Origin: an uncultured Bacteroidales bacterium
Lineage (GTDB): Bacteria; Bacteroidota; Bacteroidia; Bacteroidales; FEN-979
Direction of reading: 5' to 3'
Assembly (NCBI GenBank): GCA_903916595.1
Contig: CAIWXI010000156.1
Span: forward strand, 13,461-77,460
DNA: 64,000 nt
Numbering within the stretch: the stretch's first letter is position 1; every line of letters starts with the position of its first letter. The notes beneath the pieces are model-generated. The model had not been told where the DNA came from, did not search any database, and saw nothing but the letters and a program-made list of their open reading frames with translations. The position numbers and the translations under genes were made by a program. Of the stretch, positions 28,362-36,561 are shown piece after piece.

Positions 28362-28940
28362 CTTGACTTGAGTGGCGTTTACTGTCTTTTTATTCGCCTT
28401 TATCCAGGCATCCCGGTAGTCTTCCCACTTAGTGTTTTTGTAGGCCTCTTCCCCGAAAAAATGCAGAACGGGAGAAAAGTCATCCGCAGTAAGATATCCC
28501 GGAACCGTAGTAAGTAACTGATTTTGCTCATTGATGAACACATACGAGGGATACGACATTTTGCCCCTGAGCAACTCAACAGCCAGGCGGTTGTTGCCTC
28601 CCCGCCCGGTAGGATTCGAATTAACAAACTTCACAGTGTCGATCACAATGGTGTCTTTGGTTTCGGCATTCAGCTTGACACAATAGAAATGCTTCTGCAT
28701 ATATTTTGCAATTTCCGGGTTCTGAAATGTTTCTTTGTCCATCTTCTTGCACCATCCGCACCAGTCGGTGTATACATCGACAAGCATCTTTTTAGGTTTC
28801 ACTTTATTGAGTTTATACGCGTCGGCAAAACTGTGCCACTCTACAACGCTCTTAGTTTCCTTGTTTTCCTGGGCAGAAATCATCCCCGGCAGGGAAATAA
28901 AGATGATTACCGAAATATACTGTCTGATGAATTTTCTCAT
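28359..28940 (-). CDS. Thioredoxin-fold (DUF255/thioredoxin_7-like) secreted protein.
   Basis: Signal peptide, and a CxxC active site in the motif DVYTDWCGWCKKMD. Confidence 0.8.
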   Translation of the reverse strand: MRKFIRQYISVIIFISLPGMISAQENKETKSVVEWHSFADAYKLNKVKPKKMLVDVYTDWCGWCKKMDKETFQNPEIAKYMQKHFYCVKLNAETKDTIVIDTVKFVNSNPTGRGGNNRLAVELLRGKMSYPSYVFINEQNQLLTTVPGYLTADDFSPVLHFFGEEAYKNTKWEDYRDAWIKANKKTVNATQVK

Positions 28941-28951
28941 AAATACCTGGT

Positions 28952-29398
28952 TTAATCTCCTGAACGGTCAATTTCGCGTTTCAAATCTTTTTGCCTGAGA
29001 GTCTCGCGTTTGTCGTAGGAATGTTTTCCCTTGGCCAGCGCGATGCTTAGCTTGGCCAGGCCTTTTTCATTGATAAATAAATTGGTTGCGATGATGGTGA
29101 GCCCTCTTTCCTTAACCTTCACCAGCAGTTTATGAAGTTCACGTTTTGTTAGCAGCAGCTTACGTTCCCGTTTGGGTTCATGGTTGTAGATAGTGCCAAG
29201 AGTATATTCTGCAACATGCATATTGACCACAAACAGCTCATTCCCCCTGAAGCTGCAGTAAGCATCGGCAATGGAAGCCTTGCCTTCGCGTATCGATTTG
29301 ATCTCCGTTCCGGTTAGCATGATCCCGGAAGTGAATTCCTGCAAAAGGAAATATTCGAAAGAGGCCCTTCTGTTTTTTATGCTGATGGTTTTTTCCAT
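28952..29398 (-). CDS. smpB: SsrA-binding protein SmpB.
   Basis: The motif NRRASFEY.....F..G..L.G.EIKS.R, and the C-terminal motif GKH.YDKR. The internal ATG at 29398 (MEKTISIKNRRA) is preferred over the track start at 29506, which overlaps the upstream gene. Confidence 0.9.
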   Translation of the reverse strand: MEKTISIKNRRASFEYFLLQEFTSGIMLTGTEIKSIREGKASIADAYCSFRGNELFVVNMHVAEYTLGTIYNHEPKRERKLLLTKRELHKLLVKVKERGLTIIATNLFINEKGLAKLSIALAKGKHSYDKRETLRQKDLKREIDRSGD

Positions 29399-29409
29399 GA
29401 TTCTTGCTG

Positions 29410-29417
29410 CAAAGGTA
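29410..29417 (-). promoter_or_regulatory. -7 promoter box (TACCTTTG on the minus strand) for smpB.
   Basis: The plus strand reads CAAAGGTA, 11 nt upstream of the smpB ATG. It follows a short hairpin (CTGCC-ATT-GGCAG) plus TTTT on the minus strand at 29421-29437, which may terminate the receptor gene. Confidence 0.45.
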
Positions 29418-29447
29418 AGGAAAACTGCCAATGGCAGATGGGGGATG

Positions 29448-31925
29448 TCAGATTTTAAGGTAGATGCCGAACAGGACGTTTGCCGGGGCCTGTGGAAAAT
29501 ATCCATTCATTTCGTGATAAGTTCCAGACTGCAGGTAGGGATAGATCCAGGCATTTGATTCGTATTTGGCGCTGAAAATATTGTTGACAGTCAGGTTGAA
29601 CCCAATCTCTTTCATCCAGCGGGGGTGAATGGCCCAGGAGGCGCCCAGTCCGTTCACAAAATAAGCATTCAGCGATCGGCCGCGGTTCGAGGTGTTGTCG
29701 ATATATTGCATGCCTATATACCTGGAATTCCAGGAAACACTGAGGTTTTTAGTCGGTTTACAGGTAAGCGTTCCGTTGCATGTGATGTTAGGCGAGAACG
29801 ACAGCCCGGTCTCACCGAGGTAAGCCGATTGCTGCCCGGTGAAATTCCATGCCGAATCATACTCATCGGTATATTGCGTAAAATCTTTTATTTTGTTCTG
29901 GCTGAATGTCGCGGCCAGGTCGAAATGCAGTTGTTTAATTATATCAATACCTGCGGATATCTCTATCCCAAGACGCCAGGAGTGAGGCACGTTCACCATG
30001 ATGGCTTCACCCACGGTATTGATTTCGCCGGTGAGCACGAGCTGGTTGCGGTAATCCATGAAGAACAGGTTTGCATTGGCCGTGAACCATGAGTATTTCG
30101 CCGTGTAGCCGAGTTCGTAATCGTATAGACGTTCAGGCAAGGGCATACGGTTGGTGTCGGCATCCTTATAGTTGTCGCGGCTGGGTTCCCTGTTGGCAAT
30201 ACCGAACGAAAAATACGCCTGGTGGTGGTCGCTGAAGGCGAAAGTAAGGCCGAGCTTAGGATTGAAAAAATTAAAGATATGAAGCTGGTCGAGGGTTCTG
30301 AGGTCTTCGATGGTGCCGCTGAGCTTATAGTTTACGTAGCGGTATTGCAGGTCGGCGAACAAACTGAGTTTTTTCCAGAGGGTGTATGTTGCTTTTGCAT
30401 AGATGTTGAAATCTGTTTTCAGACCGTTGCCATCGTACCAATTCCATTCGTTGGTGCTGGTTGAGGCATAGCGGGCCCAGATGATCTTGCCGAAGGAGTT
30501 GCCTGAATACCGGCTCCAGGCGCCACCCACGATCACATTAAGCTGTTCACCGGGTTTGTAATTACTGGAGAATGTAAATCCGCAGTAACCATTACTAAGC
30601 ATTTTCCGGTTTACCAGGTTTGTAAGCGAAACCGTATCTCCGCCCAGGATCACGTCGGGAAGTCCGTAAGCCGAAAATGCGGCATCCTGTTCATAGCTCT
30701 CGTAATAACCCTTACCCCTGGTATAAAACCCGGCCAGGTTCAGGTCCCAGCCCTTCATCAGACGCTGAGAAAAAATTGCCTGAAAATGGGTCTGCGTATA
30801 ATTATCGGTTTCATTCGGATAATATTCAATCTGGCCGTTCTGGTTGTAATACAGTCCCATCGGGTTAAACCGCCGGTTGGTCTGCAGTGAGTCCTTTGGT
30901 ACTCCTCCCCAGGCCTGGTAGGTCTTTTCCTTACCCGAAAAAAGGATCAGCCGCAGGGTCGTTTTTGACCCGTAATACCCGCCCGAGAGGTACCAGGAGC
31001 TGAGGTTTGACGAGGCCCGGTCGATGTAGCCGTTGGAATGGATATATGAAAAACGCCCGTCAAGGCTGAGGCCGTTATGCAGAAGGCCGGTCCCGAAGGC
31101 AAGGGTAGATTTCACTGTTTTGTACGATCCGCCTGAAACATTCAGTTCGCCGTAGGGATCGGGGTTCAGTTTTGTGGTCTGCAGGTTGATGGAAGCCCCG
31201 AAAGCCCCGGCCCCGTTGGTGGAAGTCCCCACACCCCGCTGTACCTGGATGTTGTCGGTAGAGGAAGCAATGTCGGGCAGATCCACAAACCATACCCCCT
31301 GGGATTCGGGGTCGTTCAGAGGGATTCCGTTCAGCGTCACGTTGATCCTGGTGAGATCGGTCCCGCGTATGCTGATGCCGGTATAACCTATGCCGGTGCC
31401 TGCATCGGAAGTGACCACGGTCGAAGGGGTATTCTGGATGAGGTAGGGCAGGTCTTTGCCCAGATTGACCGGTTGGAGCTGTTTGGATGAAATAGTGGTG
31501 AATGCAAGGGGGTATTTGTTTTGTGCCCGTGTGGCTGTGACATTTACTTCTTCACCAAGAATGGCTGAAGGTTGCAGGGCAATGCTGATAAGTGTGTCGT
31601 GGGCCAGCCTGAGTTCCTGTTTCAAGGTTGCATATCCCATGAACGAGACTCTCAGGATATATGTCCCTGCCTTGACTGAGGCAATGGTGAATGTACCGTT
31701 CTGATCGCTGACAGCGTTTTTGCCGGTCTGCCCCAGGATAAGGTTTGCGCCTGAGAGTGTTTTGCCATCCTGCTTGTCGCTGATGACCCCGCTAATCTTC
31801 AGCCGGTCGCCCGGTGCTGATGCAGGTTTGATCTGAGCAATGGCTGTGGTGTAAGCAAACAAAACCGCCATGGAAATAGCAAGCAGCCTGAAAACGCTTG
31901 TTCGGCCTGTGATTCGCCTCATCAT
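29448..31925 (-). CDS. TonB-dependent outer-membrane receptor with an N-terminal carboxypeptidase-regulatory-like domain. Probably a thiamine or thiamine-precursor transporter, given the TPP riboswitch upstream.
   Basis: 825 aa with a signal peptide, a CarbopepD_reg-like segment (ISGVISDKQDGKTLSGANL), a plug domain, and a C-terminal beta-barrel ending in NVLFGIYLKI. Confidence 0.9.
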   Translation of the reverse strand: MMRRITGRTSVFRLLAISMAVLFAYTTAIAQIKPASAPGDRLKISGVISDKQDGKTLSGANLILGQTGKNAVSDQNGTFTIASVKAGTYILRVSFMGYATLKQELRLAHDTLISIALQPSAILGEEVNVTATRAQNKYPLAFTTISSKQLQPVNLGKDLPYLIQNTPSTVVTSDAGTGIGYTGISIRGTDLTRINVTLNGIPLNDPESQGVWFVDLPDIASSTDNIQVQRGVGTSTNGAGAFGASINLQTTKLNPDPYGELNVSGGSYKTVKSTLAFGTGLLHNGLSLDGRFSYIHSNGYIDRASSNLSSWYLSGGYYGSKTTLRLILFSGKEKTYQAWGGVPKDSLQTNRRFNPMGLYYNQNGQIEYYPNETDNYTQTHFQAIFSQRLMKGWDLNLAGFYTRGKGYYESYEQDAAFSAYGLPDVILGGDTVSLTNLVNRKMLSNGYCGFTFSSNYKPGEQLNVIVGGAWSRYSGNSFGKIIWARYASTSTNEWNWYDGNGLKTDFNIYAKATYTLWKKLSLFADLQYRYVNYKLSGTIEDLRTLDQLHIFNFFNPKLGLTFAFSDHHQAYFSFGIANREPSRDNYKDADTNRMPLPERLYDYELGYTAKYSWFTANANLFFMDYRNQLVLTGEINTVGEAIMVNVPHSWRLGIEISAGIDIIKQLHFDLAATFSQNKIKDFTQYTDEYDSAWNFTGQQSAYLGETGLSFSPNITCNGTLTCKPTKNLSVSWNSRYIGMQYIDNTSNRGRSLNAYFVNGLGASWAIHPRWMKEIGFNLTVNNIFSAKYESNAWIYPYLQSGTYHEMNGYFPQAPANVLFGIYLKI

Positions 31926-31984
31926 ATGGGTACGTTTAATAGTTTTAAACTGATAACCTTTAATAGAGGCAAGCTGTAATGTGA

Positions 31985-32072
31985 TACTCTTGTTCCTACG
32001 CCGGCATTATCCGGATCAGGTTCAGAGGGTATGATCTCAGCCCGTATGTTAAGGCACCCCTGGTGGAAAGTT
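31985..32072 (-). promoter_or_regulatory. TPP (THI-box) riboswitch in the 5' leader of the TonB-dependent receptor gene.
   Basis: The minus strand reads CCACCAGGGGTGCCTTAACATACGGGCTGAGATCATACCCTCTGAACCTGATCCGGATAATGCCGGCGTAGGAACAAGAG. All conserved THI-element blocks are present (GGGGTGC, CTGAGA, ACCC, ACCTGATCNGGATAATGCCNGCGTAGG). Relative to E. coli thiM there is a compensatory C-G pair in P4. Confidence 0.9.
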
Positions 32073-32076
32073 GTGG

Positions 32077-32084
32077 CAAAGATA
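32077..32084 (-). promoter_or_regulatory. -7 promoter box (TATCTTTG on the minus strand) driving the riboswitch and receptor transcript.
   Basis: The plus strand reads CAAAGATA, immediately upstream of the riboswitch 5' end. The predicted leader is about 145 nt. Confidence 0.55.
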
Positions 32085-32088
32085 AGAC

Positions 32089-32181
32089 AAATGGTGAAAT
32101 GGTGAAATGGTGAAATGGTGAAATGGTGAAATGGTGAAATGGTGAAATGGTGAAATGGTGAAATGGTGAAATGGTGAAATG
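32089..32181. repeat. Octanucleotide tandem array (ATGGTGAA), 11 perfect copies.
   Basis: Direct reading shows perfect units from 32091 to 32178, with partial units at both ends. Confidence 0.98.
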
Positions 32182-32204
32182 AAAAAGTGGGCAGATAATT
32201 AAAT

Positions 32205-32230
32205 TTCGCCATTTCACCATTTCACCATTT
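32205..32230. repeat. Three inverted copies of the same octamer (TTCGCCAT TTCACCAT TTCACCAT).
   Basis: This is the reverse complement of the ATGGTGAA array, 23 bp downstream of it. The two could form a stem of up to about 24 bp or a cruciform. Confidence 0.95.
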
Positions 32231-32232
32231 AT

Positions 32233-32240
32233 TATCTTTG
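32233..32240 (+). promoter_or_regulatory. -7 promoter box TATCTTTG for aroQ (near-leaderless).
   Basis: Exact TAnnTTTG match ending 4 nt before the aroQ ATG at 32245. Confidence 0.5.
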
Positions 32241-32244
32241 TGCT

Positions 32245-32667
32245 ATGAAAAAGATCCTCATCATCAACGGCCCAAACCTCAATCTTCTGGGGAAGCGGGA
32301 AACTTCAGTCTACGGAAATAAAAAATTCGAAGATTACCTGAAGACACTGAAATCAGTATTTCCCGGTACGGGGATAACATATTTCCAGACAAATATAGAA
32401 GGTGAGATTATCGATGCCTTGCAGAAAGCCGATGGAAAATATATCGGTATTATATTAAATGCCGGGGGGTACACACATACTTCGGTGGCGATAGGGGATG
32501 CGGTAAAAGCGATCGAAGTACCCGTGATCGAAGTACATATTTCAAATGTGTATTCGAGGGAAACCTTCAGGCATGTCTCATTTATTGCTCCGGTTGCGAG
32601 GGGTGTGATCGCCGGTTTCGGACTGGATTCGTACCGGCTGGCTATAGAAAATCTGCTATATCCCTAA
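32245..32667 (+). CDS. aroQ: Type II 3-dehydroquinate dehydratase.
   Basis: The motifs ILIINGPNLNLLG.RE...YG, NAGGYTHTSVA and EVHISN. 140 aa. Confidence 0.96.
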   Translation: MKKILIINGPNLNLLGKRETSVYGNKKFEDYLKTLKSVFPGTGITYFQTNIEGEIIDALQKADGKYIGIILNAGGYTHTSVAIGDAVKAIEVPVIEVHISNVYSRETFRHVSFIAPVARGVIAGFGLDSYRLAIENLLYP

Positions 32668-32706
32668 CCCCTAATCCCTAATCCCTAATCCCCAATCCCT
32701 AATCCC
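32662..32706. repeat. Heptanucleotide tandem repeat CCCTAAT, about 6.5 copies. The minus strand reads ATTAGGG, which is telomere-like.
   Basis: The sequence reads ccctaac ccctaat ccctaat ccctaat ccccaat ccctaat ccc. It spans the entire gap between the convergent aroQ stop (32665-67) and the GT2 stop (32699-701), and enters both coding ends. Confidence 0.95.
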
Positions 32707-33718
32707 AAAACCTGCTCGGTTTCAGCTCCGAAAATTTTCTCTTCCGCAGTATAAAATAATCGAATACAAGGCTTCCTTTATAGATATTTCTAACGGAACC
32801 CTGCTTTATTAATTTTCTTTTTTGCCTGGTTTTCGAGAGGGAGGTATAAAAACTGAAATGGGCCCTGGCCACGGCCCAGAAGTCCTTGAAGCCCGCCTGT
32901 ATGAGGAACTTCAAGGCAGCGATTGCATCCAGCAGAAGCCGTACCGCGAATACCTTTACCAGCCGGGAATCGGGCAGGTTTTTATAGAGCAGGAAGAAGT
33001 TATTCCTGAAATTCAGGTAGGTTTTTCTCCAGGAGATCTTCGGCAAAGTACCTCCTCCGATGTGGAACACGGTTGAATCGGGGCAATACATGATTTTACA
33101 CCCTGCATTGTTCATTCTCCAGCAAAAATCGATCTCTTCCATATGGGCAAAGAAATCTTCATCAAAGCCGCCCAGTTCGCGGTACAATTTTGACCGCACG
33201 AACAAACAGGCGCCTGAAGCCCAGAATATCTCGTGTACGTCGTCATACTGTCCGTGATCTTCTTCGATCTCAAGGAACATCCTGCCGCGGCAGAAAGGAT
33301 AGCCGTATTTGTCGAGAAACCCGCCGGCAGCCCCCGCGTATTCGAACTTCTTAGGCTCGAGATAGGACCGGATTTTAGGCTGGCAGGCGCCTATTGAAAG
33401 ATCTGAGTCCATGAGCCGGATCACCGGCCTGATCCAGTTTTCAGTAACCTCGATATCGGAGTTGAGTAAAACATAATACTCGGCTTCGACTTGTTTCAAT
33501 GCAAGATTATATCCCCGGGCAAAGCCCCCGTTGTCGGGATTGCTGATCACACGGATCTGGGGGTAATGTGTTTTAAGGAATTCAATAGAGTCGTCGGTGG
33601 AGGCATTGTCAGCAACAATCACACCAGTTTCAGGTTCAATATGCTGTATTAATGCCGGAAGGAATTTCTCAAGAAAATTTTTCCCGTTCCAGTTAAGGAT
33701 TACGACCGCAACTCGCAT
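32699..33718 (-). CDS. Family 2 glycosyltransferase.
   Basis: The motifs VAVVILNWNG and DNASTDDS, and a DxD-like motif (LNSDIEV). The ATG at 33718 (MRVAVVIL) is preferred because it sits 1 nt after the upstream gene's stop codon. Confidence 0.88.
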   Translation of the reverse strand: MRVAVVILNWNGKNFLEKFLPALIQHIEPETGVIVADNASTDDSIEFLKTHYPQIRVISNPDNGGFARGYNLALKQVEAEYYVLLNSDIEVTENWIRPVIRLMDSDLSIGACQPKIRSYLEPKKFEYAGAAGGFLDKYGYPFCRGRMFLEIEEDHGQYDDVHEIFWASGACLFVRSKLYRELGGFDEDFFAHMEEIDFCWRMNNAGCKIMYCPDSTVFHIGGGTLPKISWRKTYLNFRNNFFLLYKNLPDSRLVKVFAVRLLLDAIAALKFLIQAGFKDFWAVARAHFSFYTSLSKTRQKRKLIKQGSVRNIYKGSLVFDYFILRKRKFSELKPSRFWD

Positions 33719-33719
33719 T

Positions 33720-35198
33720 TTAGAGATTGGTGGTGGGTAAGGTCCATGCATCTTCAGAGTAGTCGCCCCACACATTCACAACCTGGGTTTCGCCAATATC
33801 GACAGGCGATATCATTTTGTTTCTCAGGAACACCCTCCAGCTGGGTTCATACTGTTCACCCAGGGCGTCGGAATGCAGGAGAATGAAATCGGCCGTGACC
33901 ATATCTGGAGAATAGAAAATGAATTTTTTGTTCCTCTGACTGTTGTTCAGAGTATAATACTGCCAGATCTCGTAAGGGTAAGTATTGGGTTCAGCGTAAT
34001 GGCCTTCCCTTGCATTCGGAGGGCCATACTGAAGGAATACACGTCCGCGGTCGGTCTGAAAGCCTCTTTTGATCTTGGTGCTAAAGTTGGCTTCGGCAAT
34101 CTTGACTTGTCCCTTGTATTCCTGCCAGGCTTTAGCAGGATCGGCTGCATTCCTCTCCTGCCAGAAAGAATAAAAATATTTTTGCAGGGTGGGGATATCT
34201 GATTTGGGTAGCTGAAAGCGGATAAAATTTTTCTCAAACCCGGTTGAGATGGGATACGCGCAGCTGATATATTCTTTGAGTGAATCTGCATTGTTGATTT
34301 TCTCGGCGAAAGTGCCCTGGATTACAGTCGATTCGAGCTGTGCAAGAGAGTAGGTGGCATTTGGATTGGTTCTCTGGAAGAAAACTTTTTTAGATACCAG
34401 CACCTCATTGGTTTCATTCCGGGCTTCAACTACCAGGTTGTAATTGCCGGTTGCCAGGTCTTTTATATTGATGTCGGCAAGCAGGACATTGATATTTTTG
34501 GGAATTTCTTTTTTTGCTTTGGCGAAGTCGTTCAGCCTCTGATTATTCTCAAAACATTCAATATAGTAAGTCACGAGAAACATCTTCCCCTGGGGCACCA
34601 CTTTGTCTAAGTCGTATAGCTCTGCATAAAATGCCAGTCTGGCATCGGCATCGTTATAAAAGTTATAAATATTGGGGATGAGTTCGTAGCCGCTTTTCGA
34701 CAGTGCTGTGGGTTTGACTGTTTTGGAGTAGCTTTTGATCATTTCCACTCCCGACATCGATGGTTTACCGGCAGGAAAATCGACTACGATATTCTGGGTG
34801 TAGGGCAAAGCCTGGGCATTTTTGTTTTTGTCTGACAGCTGGATTTCGAAATTGTAGGATCCGTTTCCGATCTGGAATCTCTGCTGGTCAATAAACTGAA
34901 AGTTGAGGTTAGACGTATCGGCGACTTCATTACTCTTCAGTTCATATTTTTTAAAAGCCCTGATGGAATCCTTTTCTTTAAAGGTCATCAGAACATTCAC
35001 CGTGGCTTTAAACTTGCCGTCAGCTTGTTTTATCCATTTCACGCTGTTCCCGGCAATGCTCAGGTAAGTTTCAACATAAGGGCCTTCGGGGGAGTTGAAC
35101 GTAGCGTAGGTAAGATACGCCCAAAGATTCTTTGCCGGGGCGGAGAACTGCGCCAGGGTAAGGCAGGCCAGGATCATCAGAAATAAAATCTTTTTCAT
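33720..35198 (-). CDS. GWxTD domain-containing secreted protein.
   Basis: Signal peptide (MKKILFLMILACLTLAQFSAPA), and a C-terminal motif RGFQTDRGRVFLQYGPP...YPYEIWQY matching the GWxTD signature. Confidence 0.75.
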   Translation of the reverse strand: MKKILFLMILACLTLAQFSAPAKNLWAYLTYATFNSPEGPYVETYLSIAGNSVKWIKQADGKFKATVNVLMTFKEKDSIRAFKKYELKSNEVADTSNLNFQFIDQQRFQIGNGSYNFEIQLSDKNKNAQALPYTQNIVVDFPAGKPSMSGVEMIKSYSKTVKPTALSKSGYELIPNIYNFYNDADARLAFYAELYDLDKVVPQGKMFLVTYYIECFENNQRLNDFAKAKKEIPKNINVLLADINIKDLATGNYNLVVEARNETNEVLVSKKVFFQRTNPNATYSLAQLESTVIQGTFAEKINNADSLKEYISCAYPISTGFEKNFIRFQLPKSDIPTLQKYFYSFWQERNAADPAKAWQEYKGQVKIAEANFSTKIKRGFQTDRGRVFLQYGPPNAREGHYAEPNTYPYEIWQYYTLNNSQRNKKFIFYSPDMVTADFILLHSDALGEQYEPSWRVFLRNKMISPVDIGETQVVNVWGDYSEDAWTLPTTNL

Positions 35199-35386
35199 AT
35201 ACTTCAGGTTTATAGTGTGATACACGAACGTATAAAGATCATTTTAAAATTCATCCGCAAAACAATATACAAATGTACTGAAAGCCTGTCGATTTTGCAA
35301 GAATAATCGGTAAAACGGGGCAAGCACGGGGTAATGAGTTGCTGTTGCAATGCAAGTGGGGTATTTGCCGTTTCAGAAAAATGTGT

Positions 35387-35394
35387 TACTTTTG
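35387..35394 (+). promoter_or_regulatory. -7 promoter box TACTTTTG (with -33 TTTG at 35364-35367) for tRNA-Ser(TGA).
   Basis: TTTG-N19-TAnnTTTG, ending 5 nt before the tRNA. Confidence 0.6.
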
Positions 35395-35399
35395 CTCCC

Positions 35400-35484
35400 G
35401 GAGAAATGGCAGAGCGGTCGATTGCGGCGGTCTTGAAAACCGTTGAGGTGCAAGCCTCCGGGGGTTCGAATCCCTCTTTCTCCG
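35400..35484 (+). tRNA. tRNA-Ser (anticodon TGA).
   Basis: Acceptor GGAGAAA/TTTCTCC, anticodon loop CTTGAAA, a long variable arm, T-loop TTCGAAT, and discriminator G. Confidence 0.92.
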
Positions 35485-35509
35485 CTCCCAACAAATCAAA
35501 AAATCACAA

Positions 35510-35547
35510 AACCGCTTAGAATCAATATTTTAGGCGGTTTTTTGTTT
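35510..35547 (+). terminator. Rho-independent terminator after tRNA-Ser(TGA).
   Basis: A 13-bp stem AACCGCTTAGAAT / ATTTTAGGCGGTT (two G-T pairs) with loop CAAT, followed by a T-run. Confidence 0.75.
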
Positions 35548-35674
35548 GCCTACAACCTTCAATTTTATGTAGACTGTTAATAAAAAGACTCAAAAATCAA
35601 TAAAAAGTATTCGTTTTCTTTTTAGTAAATCTGATACCTTCGCAAAAAGAATGAGCTAACAAATAGGAGTCTTC

Positions 35675-36508
35675 GTGGATAAACATAAAAACGCGAAATT
35701 AGTTCAGGCCGTGTTCGGTTTCCTGGAAGCCGTCAATGGAAAACGGGATGCCACGGCTATTTCAGAATTGGTCAGGGAAATGATCGATGAAATTCTCAAA
35801 ACAGAGATCAATGCCTTAGAAGCCGGCCCCGATGCTACTCCTGCCCACTGGAGCCGGCTCGATCATGCTCTCCGTACTCCGATGAACGGGATACTTGGTT
35901 TTACGGAAATTTTGCTGGAAGAACTTACAGACCCTGATATGAAATGGAAAGCCGGGCAGATTCTTTCTTCAGCTAATAAGTTGATGCAGATGTTTGAGAA
36001 TAGCAGTATTTACAGTTATTCTTTGTCTCCTTCTGATGAAATTGCTGCAACGACTCAGCCTTTTGCTTTGATTGAATCACCGTCTCCAAGACCAGGTATC
36101 CCTGCTAAAAAGAAAGCTAAATCGGCGGGAAAAAAACGGCCCAATGTGCTTATCGTTGAAGATAACATGGTCAACAGTAACCTGCTGATGCAATATATTA
36201 AAAAATACTGCAATCTGTTTTTCTCTCAGACAGGCAAAGCGGCGATTGAGGTCGCTCTGCGTGAACATATCGATGTTGTTCTGATGGATATCAACCTCGG
36301 CCAGGGCATGGACGGCACCCAGGCCATGCATGAGATCAGACAACAGCTGGGGAATGAAAACCTTCCTGTCGTTGCTGTGACAGGCTTTGCCGGCAGGGAA
36401 GACCGAGACAATTTTCTTAAGGCCGGGTTTAATGATTTCATCGCAAAGCCCTTCGAACGTCAGGAGGTACTCAGAGTACTGGAAAATTTATTTAAGCAGA
36501 ACGACTGA
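35675..36508 (+). CDS. HisKA(DHp)-receiver protein with no HATPase_c catalytic domain.
   Basis: GTG start preceded by AGGAG. H-box motif LDHALRTPMNGILGFTEIL. Receiver domain from VLIVEDN to VLMDINLGQGMDG to FIAKPF. There is no N, G1 or G2 box anywhere in the 277 aa. Confidence 0.8.
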   Translation: MDKHKNAKLVQAVFGFLEAVNGKRDATAISELVREMIDEILKTEINALEAGPDATPAHWSRLDHALRTPMNGILGFTEILLEELTDPDMKWKAGQILSSANKLMQMFENSSIYSYSLSPSDEIAATTQPFALIESPSPRPGIPAKKKAKSAGKKRPNVLIVEDNMVNSNLLMQYIKKYCNLFFSQTGKAAIEVALREHIDVVLMDINLGQGMDGTQAMHEIRQQLGNENLPVVAVTGFAGREDRDNFLKAGFNDFIAKPFERQEVLRVLENLFKQND

Positions 36509-36539
36509 GGTGAGGCCTTAAACGAACCAGGTTTTTTCT

Positions 36540-36547
36540 TATTTTTG
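36540..36547 (+). promoter_or_regulatory. -7 promoter box TATTTTTG for tRNA-Ser(CGA).
   Basis: Exact TAnnTTTG match ending 14 nt before the tRNA. Confidence 0.5.
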
Positions 36548-36561
36548 CAACCTCATTCTAC

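Noticed and set aside
28284-28517. Track ORF 28284-28517 (+), 77 aa.
   Set aside because: It starts inside tRNA-His, runs through the terminator, and is antisense to the thioredoxin-like gene.
31922-32220. Track ORFs 31922-32212 and 31996-32220 (-) encoding repeated HHFTISPF.
   Set aside because: These are an artefact of the ATGGTGAA octamer array read on the minus strand. The region is better explained by the TPP riboswitch, the promoter boxes and the repeat.
32662-32706. Telomere or linear-replicon end suggested by the CCCTAAT repeats.
   Set aside because: The run is only about 6.5 units, lies inside a contiguous gene-dense region, and overlaps two coding ends. It is not a chromosome terminus.
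35210-35519. Track ORFs 35210-35494 (-) and 35334-35519 (+).
   Set aside because: Both overlap the well-folded tRNA-Ser(TGA) and its promoter, and neither has protein-like motifs.
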